Assembly (NCBI GenBank): GCA_012295275.1
Contig: CM022673.1
Coordinates: forward strand, 14,384,001-14,448,000
Origin: Chrysomallon squamiferum
Lineage: Eukaryota > Animalia > Mollusca
DNA length: 64,000 nucleotides
Direction of reading: 5' to 3'
The number at the start of each line of letters is the position of its first letter. The first letter of the stretch is position 1. Position numbers and translations under genes: made by a program. Below, one piece after another: positions 62,680 to 64,000 of the stretch. A model generated the notes under the pieces. The model was not told the DNA's origin and made no database searches. It saw only the letters and a list, made by a program, of their open reading frames with translations.

Positions 62680-64000
62680 ATGATGAAAATTAATTTTGAA
62701 ATATTAGAATTAAATCCACTGAACGTTTTTTTTTGTTATTTACGTTTTAGGATAAAAGTTATTACTTTTGGGGGTATTTATTTGTTAGTTTATGTATTTA
62801 AAATTATTTTCTAAAGGAGACTGATATGGTTTTATATGCTTGCACACTATACTCTGTTTTATTTGGTTATACACTGAGATTTTGAGATTTTCTTATTATT
62901 ATTATTTACCTACATGATTGTGTTTATTTGGTTACAATGGCAATGCCAGCTAGAAACATCTGACAGCTGAGTCAACTGTAACTCTGTTACTATGAAACAG
63001 TCATTTATCTCTAGCTGGTAGAAACAATTGTCTTTTAAAGACTCTGTACAGTTTAAAGGCACCAAGTCCTGATTTGTTAAACCTATTCCAGTCATTTCAG
63101 AATAATCAACACAGCTGGAAAATCACTTTTTATAAGTATCTTATTTTTCATTATTTATAATTCTGTCTTATTTAGGTTACCATTTCTTTTTTTTTTTTTT
63201 TTTTTTTTTATACCACTGCTTACACTGAGCTATGTATGATTTCATTCTCACCTTGGTGCATGTGCTTTATATGACAATCATTTCTCTTCTCAGCTGGAAG
63301 AAGGAACAGAATCCTGGGTGGGAACTTGTTTAAAACACACAGCTTTTTCTGATGAGACAGACCCACAGCTAAAACATATTTACTGTTATTCTACAAGACC
63401 TTGTTCAGTATTAGTATATTATAAGGAAGATATTTTCTTATTTCAGTTGTAATTTCAGTGAAGTGGTGCCTTTAAAATACGTCTTCCTTACTCTGTTCTT
63501 ACTGATCCAGCACCTCAGAGTTTAGTTTTTTTGAATTTATTTTTATTTCTTTGTTCAGTCACGTACAGATATCCAGTGTGAGAATGTAGCTGATACAATT
63601 GATGGTCGTTCAATATGAGACTGGAATCTTGTAATAATCTTCTTTAAAAGTGTTTTAAAACTTTTATCTTGTTTCCCTTTCCCCTCTTTCTGTGACACAC
63701 ACACAGTCTCTCTCTCTTAGACTCACACACAAACTTTTTCTTTCTTTTACACTCATGCGCTTACTGTCTTTTAATTTATTTATTTTTTTTTGTTATTTTT
63801 TTTAATTTGTGTGGGTATATTTCTATGTAAAATAAAAAAATATATTTTTCTAATTGTACATTGCAGTTGGTTTTGTAAATGTTTGGCTTGCTGTTTTGTA
63901 CATACACTTGTATATAAACACAACAAAATTGTTGCTGTATTGGTTGTATTTAAACAGGGTTTTTTACTTTTCACCATTTGCTCATAGATTTTCTGATGCA

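Noticed and set aside
62910-63650. Slightly GC-richer stretch with short open frames on both strands (63294-63452 + after an acceptor-like site; 62910-63095 -)
   Set aside because: No recognisable protein motif. It could be the 3' end of a neighbouring gene or an alternative last exon, but the sequence alone does not support a call.

Overview
AT-rich, intron-rich animal genomic DNA, probably a lophotrochozoan such as a mollusc (inference from composition and protein divergence, not proven). It holds five protein-coding genes: (1) the last exon of an alpha-tubulin (+); (2) GPR155/LYCHOS (+, 14 coding exons); (3) a WASP-interacting protein/verprolin, WIPF (-, 6 coding exons), convergent with GPR155; (4) a transmembrane lysosomal/prostatic-type histidine acid phosphatase (+, 11 exons), head-to-head with WIPF; (5) a homeodomain-type ceramide synthase (+, 10 exons). 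There is also a TA-flanked Tigger/pogo-like MITE and many microsatellites. The most striking unexplained structure is that most minisatellites here are seeded on exon boundaries: donor junctions amplified downstream, acceptor junctions amplified upstream, the stop-codon region amplified, and a candidate 15-nt microexon repeated three times. These form ladders of decoy or alternative splice sites, some in frame. One array carries over 40 copies of TGTAAATA (the Pumilio response element) in the intron that separates the phosphatase ectodomain from its membrane anchor. Four apparent reading-frame breaks are probably assembly errors. All coordinates were read by hand.
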